Below, one piece after another: positions 40,201 through 48,241 of a DNA stretch of 64,000 nt. The notes beneath the pieces were generated by a model. It saw nothing but the letters and a program-made list of their open reading frames with translations, had not been told where the DNA came from and did not search any database. The DNA lies in contig NC_135801.1 of assembly GCF_964213995.1 (NCBI RefSeq), forward strand, positions 11,222,001-11,286,000, given 5' to 3'. Within the stretch, counting starts at the first letter, position 1, and every line of letters begins with the position of its first letter. The position numbers were made by a program, and so were the translations under genes. The DNA is from Mustelus asterias. Its lineage: Eukaryota.

Positions 40201-43200
40201 GGAAGGAGTTTCTCCTTATTTATTCTGTCAGAATCTTTCAGGGCTTTGAACACCTCTGTCAAATCTCACCTTAACTTTCTCTACTCTAACAGAATAAGCC
40301 TAGTTTTTTCAGTCTCTCCAAGTAACTGAAGGCTTTTATTCTTGGTACCATTCTAGTAAATCACCTCTGTATCATCTCTAAGGCCTTCCTGCCTAAAGTG
40401 TGGTGCCAAAATTGCCCACAATATTCCAGCTGATCCCTGTTTTGTGAAGGTTTGACAGAATGTTTCCGTTTTCCTATTCTTGGCTTCTCTTTACAAAGCC
40501 AAGGACCCGCATATTGATCTAACAACCTTCTCAATTTGTCCTGCCAGTTTCAAAGTCTTGCGCACTTCCGAAAGACGTGCTGGTTAGGTGGATTGGCCAT
40601 GCTAAATTCTCCCTCAGTGTACCCGAACAGGCACCGGAGTGTGGCAACTAGGGGATTCTCACAGTAACTTCATTGCGGTGTGAATGTAAGCCTACTTGTG
40701 TCACAATAATAAATAAACTTTAAAACTTGCACCCTCAAGATTTTCTGATCCTGTGCCCCTTTGGAATTTAGCAGCAAATCTTGCAATGATTTTTACAACC
40801 GCTGGATCTCTATGCATTTTACAGTCAATGAAGTACTTTTGAAAAAGTAGTCACAGTTGTTACGTACAAAATGACCTTTAGTTTATCTTGCCTCTCCTGA
40901 TTCTTCCAATGCCAAGGAATCTTGGTGTTGTCAGAGTCAATCACTGTTAGCTGAAGAACAATGATTTACGCTCAAGGCTCGGAAGAAATTGTAACTAATT
41001 ATTTTTGATGTAGGTTTGCTGGGATGAACAGGATGTCGAGCTCATTCCAAATGGCAGGAATCAGTTGCTGACTAACAAGAACAAGTAAGTTATAATTAAA
41101 CAATGGAGCTACGGTGAAGCCTCCATTCAGATGTTTTAGATCCATTCCTTTGTCTTTCCATCTCACACACCTCTCTTCCCCACTTCCAAAAAAGAGCCTC
41201 GCCTGTTCTTTTTTTCAATCTCAGCCTGAAAGCTATAAGCCCCAGTTTCTCAGAAGAAAGAAAAATCACATGTTTTACCTTCTGCAGATGTGATCTCCTG
41301 GTGTCAATTTGAATGCAGGAAGTGGTGTAGAACAGTGGTGGTGTCCCTGATGCTGGATCAGAAACTCTAGGTTCAAATCCCACACCGAGGGGGGTGATAA
41401 TATCCATACTAATAATCATGAAGAGGAATAATAGCTGTATTAATAACCGTGTCCAGTGGAAGGGTTAGAAGAGGCAAACTGAGTAGCAAAGGTTTAACTG
41501 CAAGGATGAGCATATCAGGACACCAAACTGTAAACTGTGAGTTTTAGATGGAAAGACAAAGGAAGACTGTCCCAATGACAGATGTGACCTTCAGATAAAT
41601 GTAGGGAGGAGGGCTCTATAGTGTGGGATTGTTTGTGTCTCAGGCTGGGAGAGGCCATTAAACCAGACATTTGGACATGGGAGGATTGATTGCGATCTAA
41701 AAACTCAGACGCAAGCTGGGAGGTCAAAAGATAGTGTGAACAATAGCCTCCTAATTCAATTAAGCCTCACACTGATTGGATATTATAATTAAGTAGACGT
41801 GCAATGATTGTGATTGGTTTTAATATCTATCTTACGCATGATGTAACCTTAATCAATAGTTGTGAATGGATAGAGATAACGCCGATACCTTGATTGGTAT
41901 ATGGTAATTACTTGTAATCAAATTTGAAACTATATCTGCTTGTGCATTCCTGAATTCTTGTACTCCGGCTTAGTTACAGACTGTGACCTGTGACTTTCCA
42001 GAATCCTCACTATAGCTTGCATTAAAACAGCTGTTTTAGAGAACTCTGACTTGGTCTGGTTACTTGAAGGGAAAAAAGTTGTGATCGATTAAAAGGCTGA
42101 ACATCAAAGCCCATAACACATACAATGTTTTGTTGGGTACAGAAGGAGTCTACACGATGTAGTTTGATGAGTTGATACAGCATGGGAACCCTTCCCACCA
42201 TCCACCAAAGAGGATAAATGTGTGTGTGTGTGAAGATGCGCTTTAAATTAACATGAACTCTGAGGGCAGTTTCTTCTCTTGGCTCTGGTATTTTCTTTGT
42301 TCTTTTGTCTCTCTCAGAAGGTTGTGTGGCTGATCGGGGTTAGGTAGTATCTAGTTATGATGGTGCACACATCAGGAGGCAGGTTTGATGGAGCTGCTGG
42401 TCTCTACTGCCCAATACTTGTAATGTTGCACACATCTTCTCTACCAGGTTTTGAGTGGCTTCTACCCAGCCAGGGCTGAAATTCCAGCCTACTCCATGCT
42501 TCCCTGAATGCTTGCCCTCCAGCCCTGGCCAATGTTCGGTTCATGGTCGCATGCACGACCTACAGCAGAGTTGCACTTAGATAAGGCCTGTTTTGGGTTG
42601 GCCTTCCATGTCAGCAGAGCCACACCACCAATGTACTGCCCATTATTAGCAGAGGTCAAAGGTCGCCTAAGCTCCATAGTAACATTATCATCGAACTCCT
42701 TTGGCATCTGGCTGTTCTCATCTGGTTATATTTTAATATTGCTTTCTTCTTACAATCAAAGGGAGGAATACGTGAGGGCCTATGTGAATTATGTTTTCAC
42801 TGCGTCAGTCAAGGAACCCTTCAATGAGTTTCGAAGAGGATTCTACAAGGTTTGCGACAAGGAACTACTGAAGTTCTTCCAACCTCAAGAACTGATGGAC
42901 ATATTGATTGGAAATGACGACTATGACTGGAAAGTTCTGGAACAGGTTTGCAAGCCATTTACATTGTGTGCAGATATGGCGCCACCGAGTATCTAACTCT
43001 CTGGGAGGGGGTCATTATACTAATAAAAGGTAATATAGTGGGCAACTTGCATATAGCAAGAATAAACTGGCCTGGGAAAGATGCTCTGTTGGAGAGTCAG
43101 TGCAGACTCGATGGGCCAAATGGCCTCCTCCTGCACTGGCGGAATTCTATGAATAAACTTGCTCAGCATTAATGTGAGCATTTGGGTACCCGAAATACAA

Positions 43201-46200
43201 ACTTATCTTGAATAAACTGGGATTGTTCTCCCTGGAAAAATGGAGGCTGAGGGATGACCTGATAGAAGTTTATAAAATTATGAGGGGTATGGATAGGGTG
43301 AACAGTTGCAAGCTTTTTCCCAGGGCAGAAATGACAATTACAAGGGGGCACAAGTTCAAGGTAAGGGGGGAAAGGTTCAGTGGAGATGTGCGGGGGAAGC
43401 GTTTTGCACAGAGGGTGGTGGGGGCCTGGAATGCACTGCCAAGTGAGGTGGTTGAGGCAGATACATTAGCCACATTTAAGATTTATCTTGATAGGCATAT
43501 GAACAAATGGGGAATAGAGGGATATGAGTCCCTGGTTAGATAGGTAAGTGTGAGCGGCACAGGCTTGGAGGGCCGAAGGGCCTGTTCTTGTGTTGCACTG
43601 TTCTTTCTTCTTTGTATAGAAAGACTCCACACACAACGAGAGATAAAAACACCGAGGGGGCACCATTATCTTAGAAAAAGTACCAGTGAAACACGATCAG
43701 TTTATAATATATAGAGAGTGCAGACTGGTCTTCTCTCCTCTGTGAACACCACAGATTATTCAGGAATCAGGCGGCGCAGTGGTTAGCACTGCTGCTTCAC
43801 AGCAACAGGGACCCGGGTTCGATTCCAGCCTTGGGTGACTGTCTGTGTGGAGTTTGCACGTTCTCCCCATTTCCTTGTGGGTTTCCTCCGGGTACTCTGG
43901 TTTCCTCCCACACTCCAAAGATGTGCAGGTTAGTTGGACTGACCATGATAAATTGCCCCTTAGTGTCCAAAGATGTGTGGGTTAGCTGGATTAGCGAGGT
44001 AACTGCATGGGGTTATGTGGTGGGGAGGGGGGTTGGCCTGGGAAAGGTGCTCTGTTGGAGAGTCAGTGCAGACTCGATGGGCCAAATGGCCTCCTTCTGC
44101 ACTGTCGGGATTCTATGAATAAACTTGCTTAGCATTAATGTGAGGATTTGGGGAATTGAAATACAAACTTATCTTGAAATTGTATTATATTGTTTGTGAA
44201 ATGCTAACGATGTTTATGTAACAGAATACCACATATGAAGGCATCTACAGCAGATCACATCCAACCATTAAGATGTTCTGGAAAGTATTCCATGAGCTAC
44301 TTTTGGATGAGAAGAAAAGATTCCTCTGTAAGTATCTCACTGAGCAATGGTTATGTCACAAAATTAAGATGGAATTCAGTTATATCCCATATGAGCTTCC
44401 AGAGGGAACCTCCCCTCCCCCAAAGGGTCTCATAAACTCATTGGGCGGTGGAGGCGGTGGGGTCTTGCTCATTCAAGAGCCTCAATTGGCAGCAGGGTAA
44501 GGAGGCCATCCATATGTTTTCCTGCCATGTATTTAATCCGGGTGGAGGAGGCCTTGTGGCGTAGCGCCCTTCCCACTGGACCTGAAGCTCGGGGTTCGAG
44601 TCCAGTGCCAGGACTTGTTGGTCACGGAAGGAATGTTCAATATGGTTCAACATTGATTCAACAAGGCTGATAGCCAACTCTGGAATCCTTCCACCACTTC
44701 CCCCACTATTCCCCAAAGGATACAAAACAGTATTGGTGTGAAGATATGCCAACTATAATAATTGGAATAGAGACAGGAAGGATTGAACATTTCCCTGCCA
44801 CCGTACTAAATTTCACCCATAGAGTCATTATGGCATAAAAGCAGGCCATTTGGCTCATCGAGTCCACACCAAATCCAGTCTGTCCCATTCCCCCACTCCA
44901 TTTCCATCGCTCTAAGTTTATTTCCCTTGTGTGCCCATCCAATTTCCTGTGAAATCATTGACTGCCTCCGCTTCTACCCTGATAGGTAGCATGTTCCAGA
45001 CCCATACCTGATTTCGTACACTTCTCCTTTAGCGGCCGTGCTTTCAACGTAGGACATGGGTGTTGCTGGTTAGCCAGCATTTATTGCCCATCCCCCTAAT
45101 TGTCCTTGAACTGAGTGGCTTGCTAGACCATTTCAGAGGGCAGCTAAGAGTCAATCACATTGCTGTGGCTCTGGAGTCACATGTAGGCCAGACCGGGTAA
45201 GGACGGCAGATTTCCTTCCCTAAAGGACATTAGTGAACCAGATGGGTTTTCCCAACAATCAACAATGATTTTAGATCATCAGTAGATTCTTAATTCCAGA
45301 TATTTTTTATTGAATTCAAATCCCATCTGCCGTGGTGGGATTCGAACCCAGGTCCCCAGAACATTAGCTGAATTTCTGAATTAATAGTCTAGCGATAATA
45401 CCACTAGGCCATCACCTCCCCCTTATGAAAGTATGATGTAAAGATGTCGGCGTTGGACAGGGGTGGGCACAGTAAGAAGTCTCACAACACCAGGTTAAAG
45501 TCCAACAGGTTTATTTGGAATCACAAGCTTTCGGAGTGCTGCTCCTTCATCAGGTGAGTGGAAAGGTAGGTTTCACAAACATAAGACCATAAGACCATAA
45601 GACATAGGAGCGGAAGTAAGGCCATTCGGCCCATCGAGTCCACTCCACCATTCAATCATGGTTGATTTCAACTCCATGGCATATATAGACAAAGACAAGT
45701 TTGAAGACTTGCATTCCAACCATTATGTTGCAATTGTGTCTTTTTCTATATATGCCGTGTTTGTGAAACCTATCGCTCCACTCACCTGATGAAGGGGCAG
45801 TGCTCCTAAAGCTCATGATTCCAAATAAACTTGTTGAACTTTAACCTGGTGTTGTGAGACTTCTTATTATGAAAGTATGTCAAACAAAATTATGAAAAGA
45901 TGTGGTTGGGCAGATAGGAACAAACTGGGTTTATAAGATCATAAATGCCTTAACATTTACGGGTTAATTTAGATATCTCAGGCTTGAAGTTAGGTTAGGC
46001 ATGAAGTTTTTGTTCTGGATGTTAATGAAACAGTTCAGAATACTGTCTTTTAGGAATCATTCATCTTGCGATATGGTAGTTGGTGCTTTGCATAAGGAGC
46101 GGGGACACTGGGTAGGAAAGCATTTAGTCATTATGTTATGGCCATTCTGGTGAGGGACAGGTTTGACGGGCCAATTCGTCTTTTCCTGCCTGCCATCTTT

Positions 46201-46495
46201 GCTTGCTGACATGTCAGAACAGCTGCGTACATAAAATGTCATTGATATGTTTCTTACAGATAGTGCAATGTAAACTCTTTTCTCAGCGTTTCTCACAGGA
46301 ACTGATCGCATTCCGGTGTTCGGGATGGCATGTGTCAAGATAGGTATTGTCCCGAGTCAGCTGACTGAAGACAATTACCCGGAAGCAAACGTATGCTTTA
46401 GTATCCTGAGCCTCCCTGAATACACCAGCACTGAAAACCTCAAAACGAAGCTGGTGACAGCTATTTTCACGGAGAAAAGATTTGACAAATTGTGA
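1176..46495 (+). CDS. HERC6: Gene 1 (5'-partial, spliced, 21 exons): small HERC E3 ligase, HERC5/HERC6-like (RCC1-like domain + HECT)
   Basis: Exons 1176-1249,1338-1559,2977-3068,5888-6015,10998-11104,14193-14257,15812-15939,17940-17999,19757-19862,23735-23924,24553-24737,24854-24967,28379-28492,30302-30472,31477-31620,35726-35892,39196-39253,41014-41084,42762-42945,44225-44327,46287-46495. All GT-AG, phases compatible, 2692 nt, no internal stop. Motifs [42 protein letters not shown] resemble HERC5/6 more than HERC3/4 (from memory). Exact orthology is uncertain. Confidence 0.88.
1338..1559 (+). CDS. Gene 1 exon (RCC1 repeats)
   Basis: 222 nt; [18 protein letters not shown]...[33 protein letters not shown]; cag|...|gtaag. 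Confidence 0.95.
2977..3068 (+). CDS. Gene 1 exon (RCC1 repeat)
   Basis: 92 nt; ...[17 protein letters not shown]|gt. Confidence 0.92.
3222..3640 (-). mobile_element. HE1-type SINE (CR1 tail)
   Basis: Reverse complement of the HE1 pattern. Confidence 0.85.
4291..4632 (+). mobile_element. HE1-type SINE (CR1 tail)
   Basis: Full length, (ttctatga)n tail. Confidence 0.9.
4988..5490 (-). mobile_element. CR1 LINE 3' fragment (degenerate)
   Basis: Similar to the other CR1 3' ends. Confidence 0.7.
5888..6015 (+). CDS. Gene 1 exon (RCC1 repeat)
   Basis: [18 protein letters not shown]...VSQIACG; gcag|...|gtgag. Confidence 0.92.
6320..7050 (-). mobile_element. CR1/HER1-like LINE 3' fragment
   Basis: ORF ...[20 protein letters not shown]...VVNLWNSLP plus microsatellite tail. 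Confidence 0.9.
7912..8258 (-). mobile_element. HE1-type SINE
   Basis: Full length. Confidence 0.88.
8778..9575 (-). mobile_element. CR1/HER1-like LINE 3' fragment
   Basis: 225-aa CR1 ORF2 C-terminus; (taagaaca)n tail. Confidence 0.9.
10607..10890 (+). mobile_element. HE1-type SINE (tail B)
   Basis: Head partly deleted. Confidence 0.85.
10998..11104 (+). CDS. Gene 1 exon (degenerate RCC1 repeat)
   Basis: [36 protein letters not shown]; ttag|...|gtaat. Confidence 0.85.
11243..11555 (+). mobile_element. DeuSINE-like element (tRNA head + Deu core); 3' part resumes at about 12938-13040
   Basis: ggttcgagtc B-box; gtgtcctggctaatatttatccct core. Confidence 0.7.
11768..12761 (-). mobile_element. 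CR1 LINE fragment (RT motifs [15 protein letters not shown]) nested in a + strand CR1 (11560-11767 / 12762-12930)
   Basis: ORFs 11962-12411 and 12428-12955; ACGTTA duplicated at the junctions. Confidence 0.88.
13850..14172 (+). mobile_element. CR1 LINE 3' fragment
   Basis: [13 protein letters not shown]; ctctatgact tail abutting an exon acceptor. Confidence 0.8.
14193..14257 (+). CDS. Gene 1 exon (end of RCC1-like domain)
   Basis: [22 protein letters not shown]; gcag|...|gtaat; phases fit both neighbours. Confidence 0.8.
14470..14770 (+). mobile_element. DeuSINE-like fragment
   Basis: aaaagatcccacggcactattt...ggggagttctcccc core. Confidence 0.7.
14811..15617 (+). mobile_element. Two tandem HE1-type SINEs (14811-15224, 15295-15617)
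   Basis: HE1 pattern match. Confidence 0.85.
15812..15939 (+). CDS. Gene 1 exon (spacer)
   Basis: [28 protein letters not shown]..., HERC-type DFRC..I.T...KW. Confidence 0.85.
16536..17113. mobile_element. HE1 (+, 16650-16938) nested in HE1 (-)
   Basis: Host sequence resumes after the insert. Confidence 0.85.
17563..17841 (+). mobile_element. HE1-type SINE (tail B)
   Basis: HE1 pattern match. Confidence 0.85.
17940..17999 (+). CDS. Gene 1 exon (spacer)
   Basis: 60 nt; [19 protein letters not shown]|gtgagt. Confidence 0.9.
18095..18570 (-). mobile_element. DeuSINE-like element carrying a foreign 85-bp insert
   Basis: Reverse complement of the Deu core on both sides of 18216-18300. Confidence 0.7.
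18216..18304 (+). pseudogene. Captured Ig C1-set (MHC class II beta2-like) coding fragment
   Basis: [29 protein letters not shown] matches the CxVxGFYPxxIxVTW signature. Confidence 0.7.
18775..19610 (-). mobile_element. CR1 LINE fragment interrupted by an HE1 SINE (19047-19352)
   Basis: [12 protein letters not shown] motif. Confidence 0.75.
19757..19862 (+). CDS. Gene 1 exon (spacer)
   Basis: ...[23 protein letters not shown]|gtaac. Confidence 0.88.
20256..20567 (-). mobile_element. HE1-type SINE
   Basis: HE1 pattern match. Confidence 0.85.
21310..21517 (-). mobile_element. Short solo LTR inserted in an L2 element
   Basis: TG...CA termini, 5-bp TSD CTTGC, minus-strand AATAAA at 21342-21347. 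Confidence 0.7.
21877..22160 (-). mobile_element. HE1-type SINE (tail B)
   Basis: HE1 pattern match. Confidence 0.85.
22682..23211 (-). mobile_element. CR1 LINE 3' fragment
   Basis: [11 protein letters not shown]...[15 protein letters not shown]. Confidence 0.85.
23735..23924 (+). CDS. Gene 1 exon (spacer)
   Basis: 190 nt; VASSL...[12 protein letters not shown]...KKTL|gtgag. Confidence 0.9.
24553..24737 (+). CDS. Gene 1 exon (spacer)
   Basis: [24 protein letters not shown]...LELVYN|gtaagt. Confidence 0.85.
24854..24967 (+). CDS. Gene 1 exon (spacer)
   Basis: [19 protein letters not shown]...QQIM|gtgagt. Confidence 0.87.
25120..25220 (+). repeat. G-rich minisatellite, about 16-bp unit (tgaggtggcagtgggc)
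   Basis: Three adjacent units plus degenerate copies. Confidence 0.7.
25405..25666. mobile_element. MITE-like element (similar ones at about 20783-20986, 22496-22635, 26159-26268, 34590-34707)
   Basis: Imperfect terminal inverted repeats gggtgcgatct / gatctcgccc. Confidence 0.45.
26480..26791 (-). mobile_element. HE1-type SINE
   Basis: HE1 pattern match. Confidence 0.85.
27338..27900 (-). mobile_element. Rex1/Babar-like LINE 3' fragment
   Basis: [13 protein letters not shown] motif and (atcaa)n tail; related tails at about 290-480 (+) and 57250-57400 (-). Confidence 0.65.
28379..28492 (+). CDS. Gene 1 exon (spacer)
   Basis: [38 protein letters not shown]|gtaaag. Confidence 0.87.
29741..30052 (-). 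mobile_element. HE1-type SINE
   Basis: HE1 pattern match. Confidence 0.85.
30302..30472 (+). CDS. Gene 1 exon (HECT N-terminal)
   Basis: ...[20 protein letters not shown]...DLKKELT|gtaaac. Confidence 0.9.
30775..31340 (+). mobile_element. LINE 3' fragment (CR1/L2-superfamily, second family)
   Basis: [18 protein letters not shown]-type frame; related copies at 37025-38130 (-) and 50780-51400 (+). Confidence 0.7.
31477..31620 (+). CDS. Gene 1 exon (HECT)
   Basis: [19 protein letters not shown]...IWFPSK|gtgag. Confidence 0.93.
31683..31985 (+). mobile_element. HE1-type SINE (tail B)
   Basis: HE1 pattern match. Confidence 0.85.
32121..32330. mobile_element. Penelope-like element remnant (inverted pseudo-LTR palindrome)
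   Basis: Arms gtaagaagtctc...ttcggagc and gctccgaaagc...gagacttcttac, with a hammerhead core. Confidence 0.65.
32243..32279 (+). ncRNA. Hammerhead ribozyme motif (stem II mismatch)
   Basis: TCAC-CTGATGA-A-AGAGC-AGC-GCTCC-GAAA-GC-TT-GTGA. Confidence 0.55.
33332..33368 (-). ncRNA. Hammerhead ribozyme motif (copy within the inverted duplication)
   Basis: Minus strand reads TCAC-CTGATGA-A-GGAGC-AGC-GCTAC-GAAA-GC-TC-GTGA. Confidence 0.55.
33490..33790 (-). mobile_element. HE1-type SINE (tail B)
   Basis: HE1 pattern match. Confidence 0.85.
34926..35440 (+). mobile_element. CR1 LINE 3' fragment
   Basis: [24 protein letters not shown]. Confidence 0.85.
35726..35892 (+). CDS. Gene 1 exon (HECT)
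   Basis: [14 protein letters not shown]...[25 protein letters not shown]|gtaagt. Confidence 0.93.
36186..36966 (+). mobile_element. Solo LTR (Gypsy-like)
   Basis: TGTGA...TCACA termini, 4-bp TSD CTAC on both sides, AATAAA at 36808. Confidence 0.8.
37025..38130 (-). mobile_element. LINE fragment (same family as 30775)
   Basis: [12 protein letters not shown]...[10 protein letters not shown] remnant. Confidence 0.75.
38165..38420 (+). mobile_element. CR1 LINE fragment
   Basis: [19 protein letters not shown]. Confidence 0.8.
38771..39070 (+). mobile_element. HE1-type SINE
   Basis: HE1 pattern match. Confidence 0.8.
39196..39253 (+). CDS. Gene 1 exon (HECT)
   Basis: [19 protein letters not shown]|gtgagt. 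Confidence 0.88.
41014..41084 (+). CDS. Gene 1 exon (HECT)
   Basis: [23 protein letters not shown]|gtaagt. Confidence 0.9.
41386..42118 (+). mobile_element. Probable solo LTR interrupting a tRNA-derived SINE
   Basis: Ends ...TAACA, imperfect TSD CACAC/CATAC, ATTAAA near 42021; the host SINE resumes afterwards. Confidence 0.45.
42762..42945 (+). CDS. Gene 1 exon (HECT)
   Basis: [12 protein letters not shown]...[10 protein letters not shown]...[23 protein letters not shown]|gt. Confidence 0.94.
43068..43212 (+). repeat. 145-bp direct copy of 44034-44178
   Basis: SINE tail plus unique flank duplicated. Confidence 0.85.
43210..43610 (+). mobile_element. CR1 LINE 3' fragment
   Basis: [22 protein letters not shown]...WNALP. 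Confidence 0.85.
43769..44118 (+). mobile_element. HE1-type SINE
   Basis: HE1 pattern match. Confidence 0.85.
44225..44327 (+). CDS. Gene 1 exon (HECT C-lobe)
   Basis: [34 protein letters not shown]|gtaagt. Confidence 0.93.
45055..45420 (-). mobile_element. tRNA-derived SINE, second family (other copies about 1720-2290, 3660-4020, 58848-59360)
   Basis: tRNA-like head gatggcctagtggt...ggttcgaatccc; tail shared with the 30775 LINE family. Confidence 0.65.
45442..45866. mobile_element. Penelope-like palindromic element with a nested CR1 tail (about 45581-45675)
   Basis: Same family as 32121; both arms carry hammerhead cores. Confidence 0.7.
45521..45557 (-). ncRNA. Minimal type I hammerhead ribozyme motif in a Penelope-like element
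   Basis: Minus strand reads TCAC-CTGATGA-A-GGAG-CAGCA-CTCC-GAAA-GC-TT-GTGA. Confidence 0.7.
46287..46495 (+). CDS. Gene 1 terminal exon (HECT C-lobe, catalytic Cys codon 46394-46396, stop TGA)
   Basis: [13 protein letters not shown]...[39 protein letters not shown]. Confidence 0.94.
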
Positions 46496-46799
46496 AGCAG
46501 TAAAACACTCAGAGGAACAAGAGCATTGCATCGCATTTGGACTGCAGTTCAACTTTTAACACTATCATCTCCAACTATTGCACCATCCTTGCTTATCACA
46601 GACACCCACCTGTACCAGGCAAAGGACACTGAGCACTTGCCCTTATCACAGCCACCAATTACTAAGGTGGGGCATAAACCATACTAACCGTGCTAGTTAT
46701 TTTGGACATTACAAGCAGCTTAGTTGGCACTTTATTAAAGTAGAACTCATTGCATTCCACTGAATTCAGGTGAAACTGATCAGAATGCGATGTATCTAT

Positions 46800-47387
46800 A
46801 GGAACTTAGGAAACATAGGAATTAGGAGCAGAAGTGGGCAAATTCAGCCCTTCCAGCCTGCTCCGCATTCAATCAGATCATGGCTGATCTCTCCCTGGTC
46901 TCAAATTCACCTGTGTCCCATATCCCCGATCCCTTTTTTAAATTAGAAATATATCTTATCTCCTTCTTGAAACCATTCAACAATTCAGACTCCACTGTGC
47001 TATGGGGCAGCGAGTTCCACAAATTCACCACCCTCTGTGCGAAGTAGTTCCTCCTCATCTCAGTGTTAAATCTACCGCCTCTCAACTATATCTGTGACCT
47101 CTTGTTCTAGATTGTCCCATAAGAGGGAACCTTTGGTCCACATTTACTTTATCAACTCCTTTTAGTATTTTATATATCTCGATCAGATCCCCTCTCATCC
47201 TAAACTCCAGCGAGTACAAGCCCAAACTGTTTAGTCTCTCCTCATACATCAACCCCTTCATCCCCGGAATCAATCTGGTGAACCTCCTCTGAACTGCCTC
47301 CTATGCCACCACATCCTTCCTCAAATAAGGAGACCAAAATTGGACACAATAATCCAGATGTGGTCCCACCAGCACCCTATACAATTG
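46800..47387 (-). mobile_element. CR1 LINE 3' fragment in the probable 3' UTR of gene 1
   Basis: [17 protein letters not shown]; VVNLWNSLP. Confidence 0.85.
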
Positions 47388-47587
47388 CATCTACCCTTCA
47401 TATAAGCTGTGTTTTTTTATTTAGTTTTTTTTCGACACTCCTGGTTGTTAGTAAGAAAAATATTGGCGATGGAAGAGAAGCTGTCCGACTGGCATTTGGA
47501 GTTGAGAGTTCCTTGGGTGACATCTGCAGGAAGATGTCCAACCAGAGCTGGCAAACTGATAGATTACAGATTCCACCGGTAGCCAAT

Positions 47588-47701
47588 AATAAAAATGTGG
47601 CAAATACCTTTGTGTTTAATAGTTTGCGTTAATAATCTCTGTGACCTTATGTAATAGATTTAAAGCAAAGAACAGTTGAGAATTCATGTATCACAAATAA
47701 A
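47588..47701 (+). terminator. Candidate polyadenylation signals of gene 1 (AATAAA at 47588 and 47696)
   Basis: AATAAA hexamers downstream of the stop, followed by GT/T-rich sequence; an ATTAAA also occurs near 46734. Confidence 0.4.
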
Positions 47702-48241
47702 AGATAATTTAAAATCCTCTGTTCCGTTTCCTTTGTGCCCCAGAGAAGGCATCCAAAGAGCTGTCAAAAGAATATTCATATTCAGTTAACAATCTTTTAC
47801 CAAATCATTTCAGTAATTTCCACCTTTTAACATGCTAATAACCACAGCATTTAAGCAACACATGCACAGAAATCTCATGAGTCTACGTACAACTCACGTT
47901 TTTACTCATGGATTGAAATTTAAGATGTACAGACAGTGCATGTGGCAAATTTGTTAGTCTTCTGGATTGGCAGTGGCAGTGAAGCATTGATAAATTATCC
48001 GACGGGAATTTCCGACACGTGCCTTAAGGGTTTGGAAATATTTCAGCCCTTACTGTTTTTAACATATTGGTTTTTATGCTTGCAGCAAGACATCAATCGA
48101 CATGTGTGTTTCTGTAAGAAAGCTTCTCGCAATACTTTTTCCATTCTCTGATCTCTTCCTATCAAGCACATCTTAGCACCTAGCTCTCTAGTTAGAACTA
48201 TTTTACACAAATCGTATTATCCTAGTAAAATATACATATCT

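Noticed and set aside
47469-47582. 37-codon ORF MEEKLSDWHLE... downstream of gene 1
   Set aside because: Too short, no recognisable homology; likely 3' UTR.
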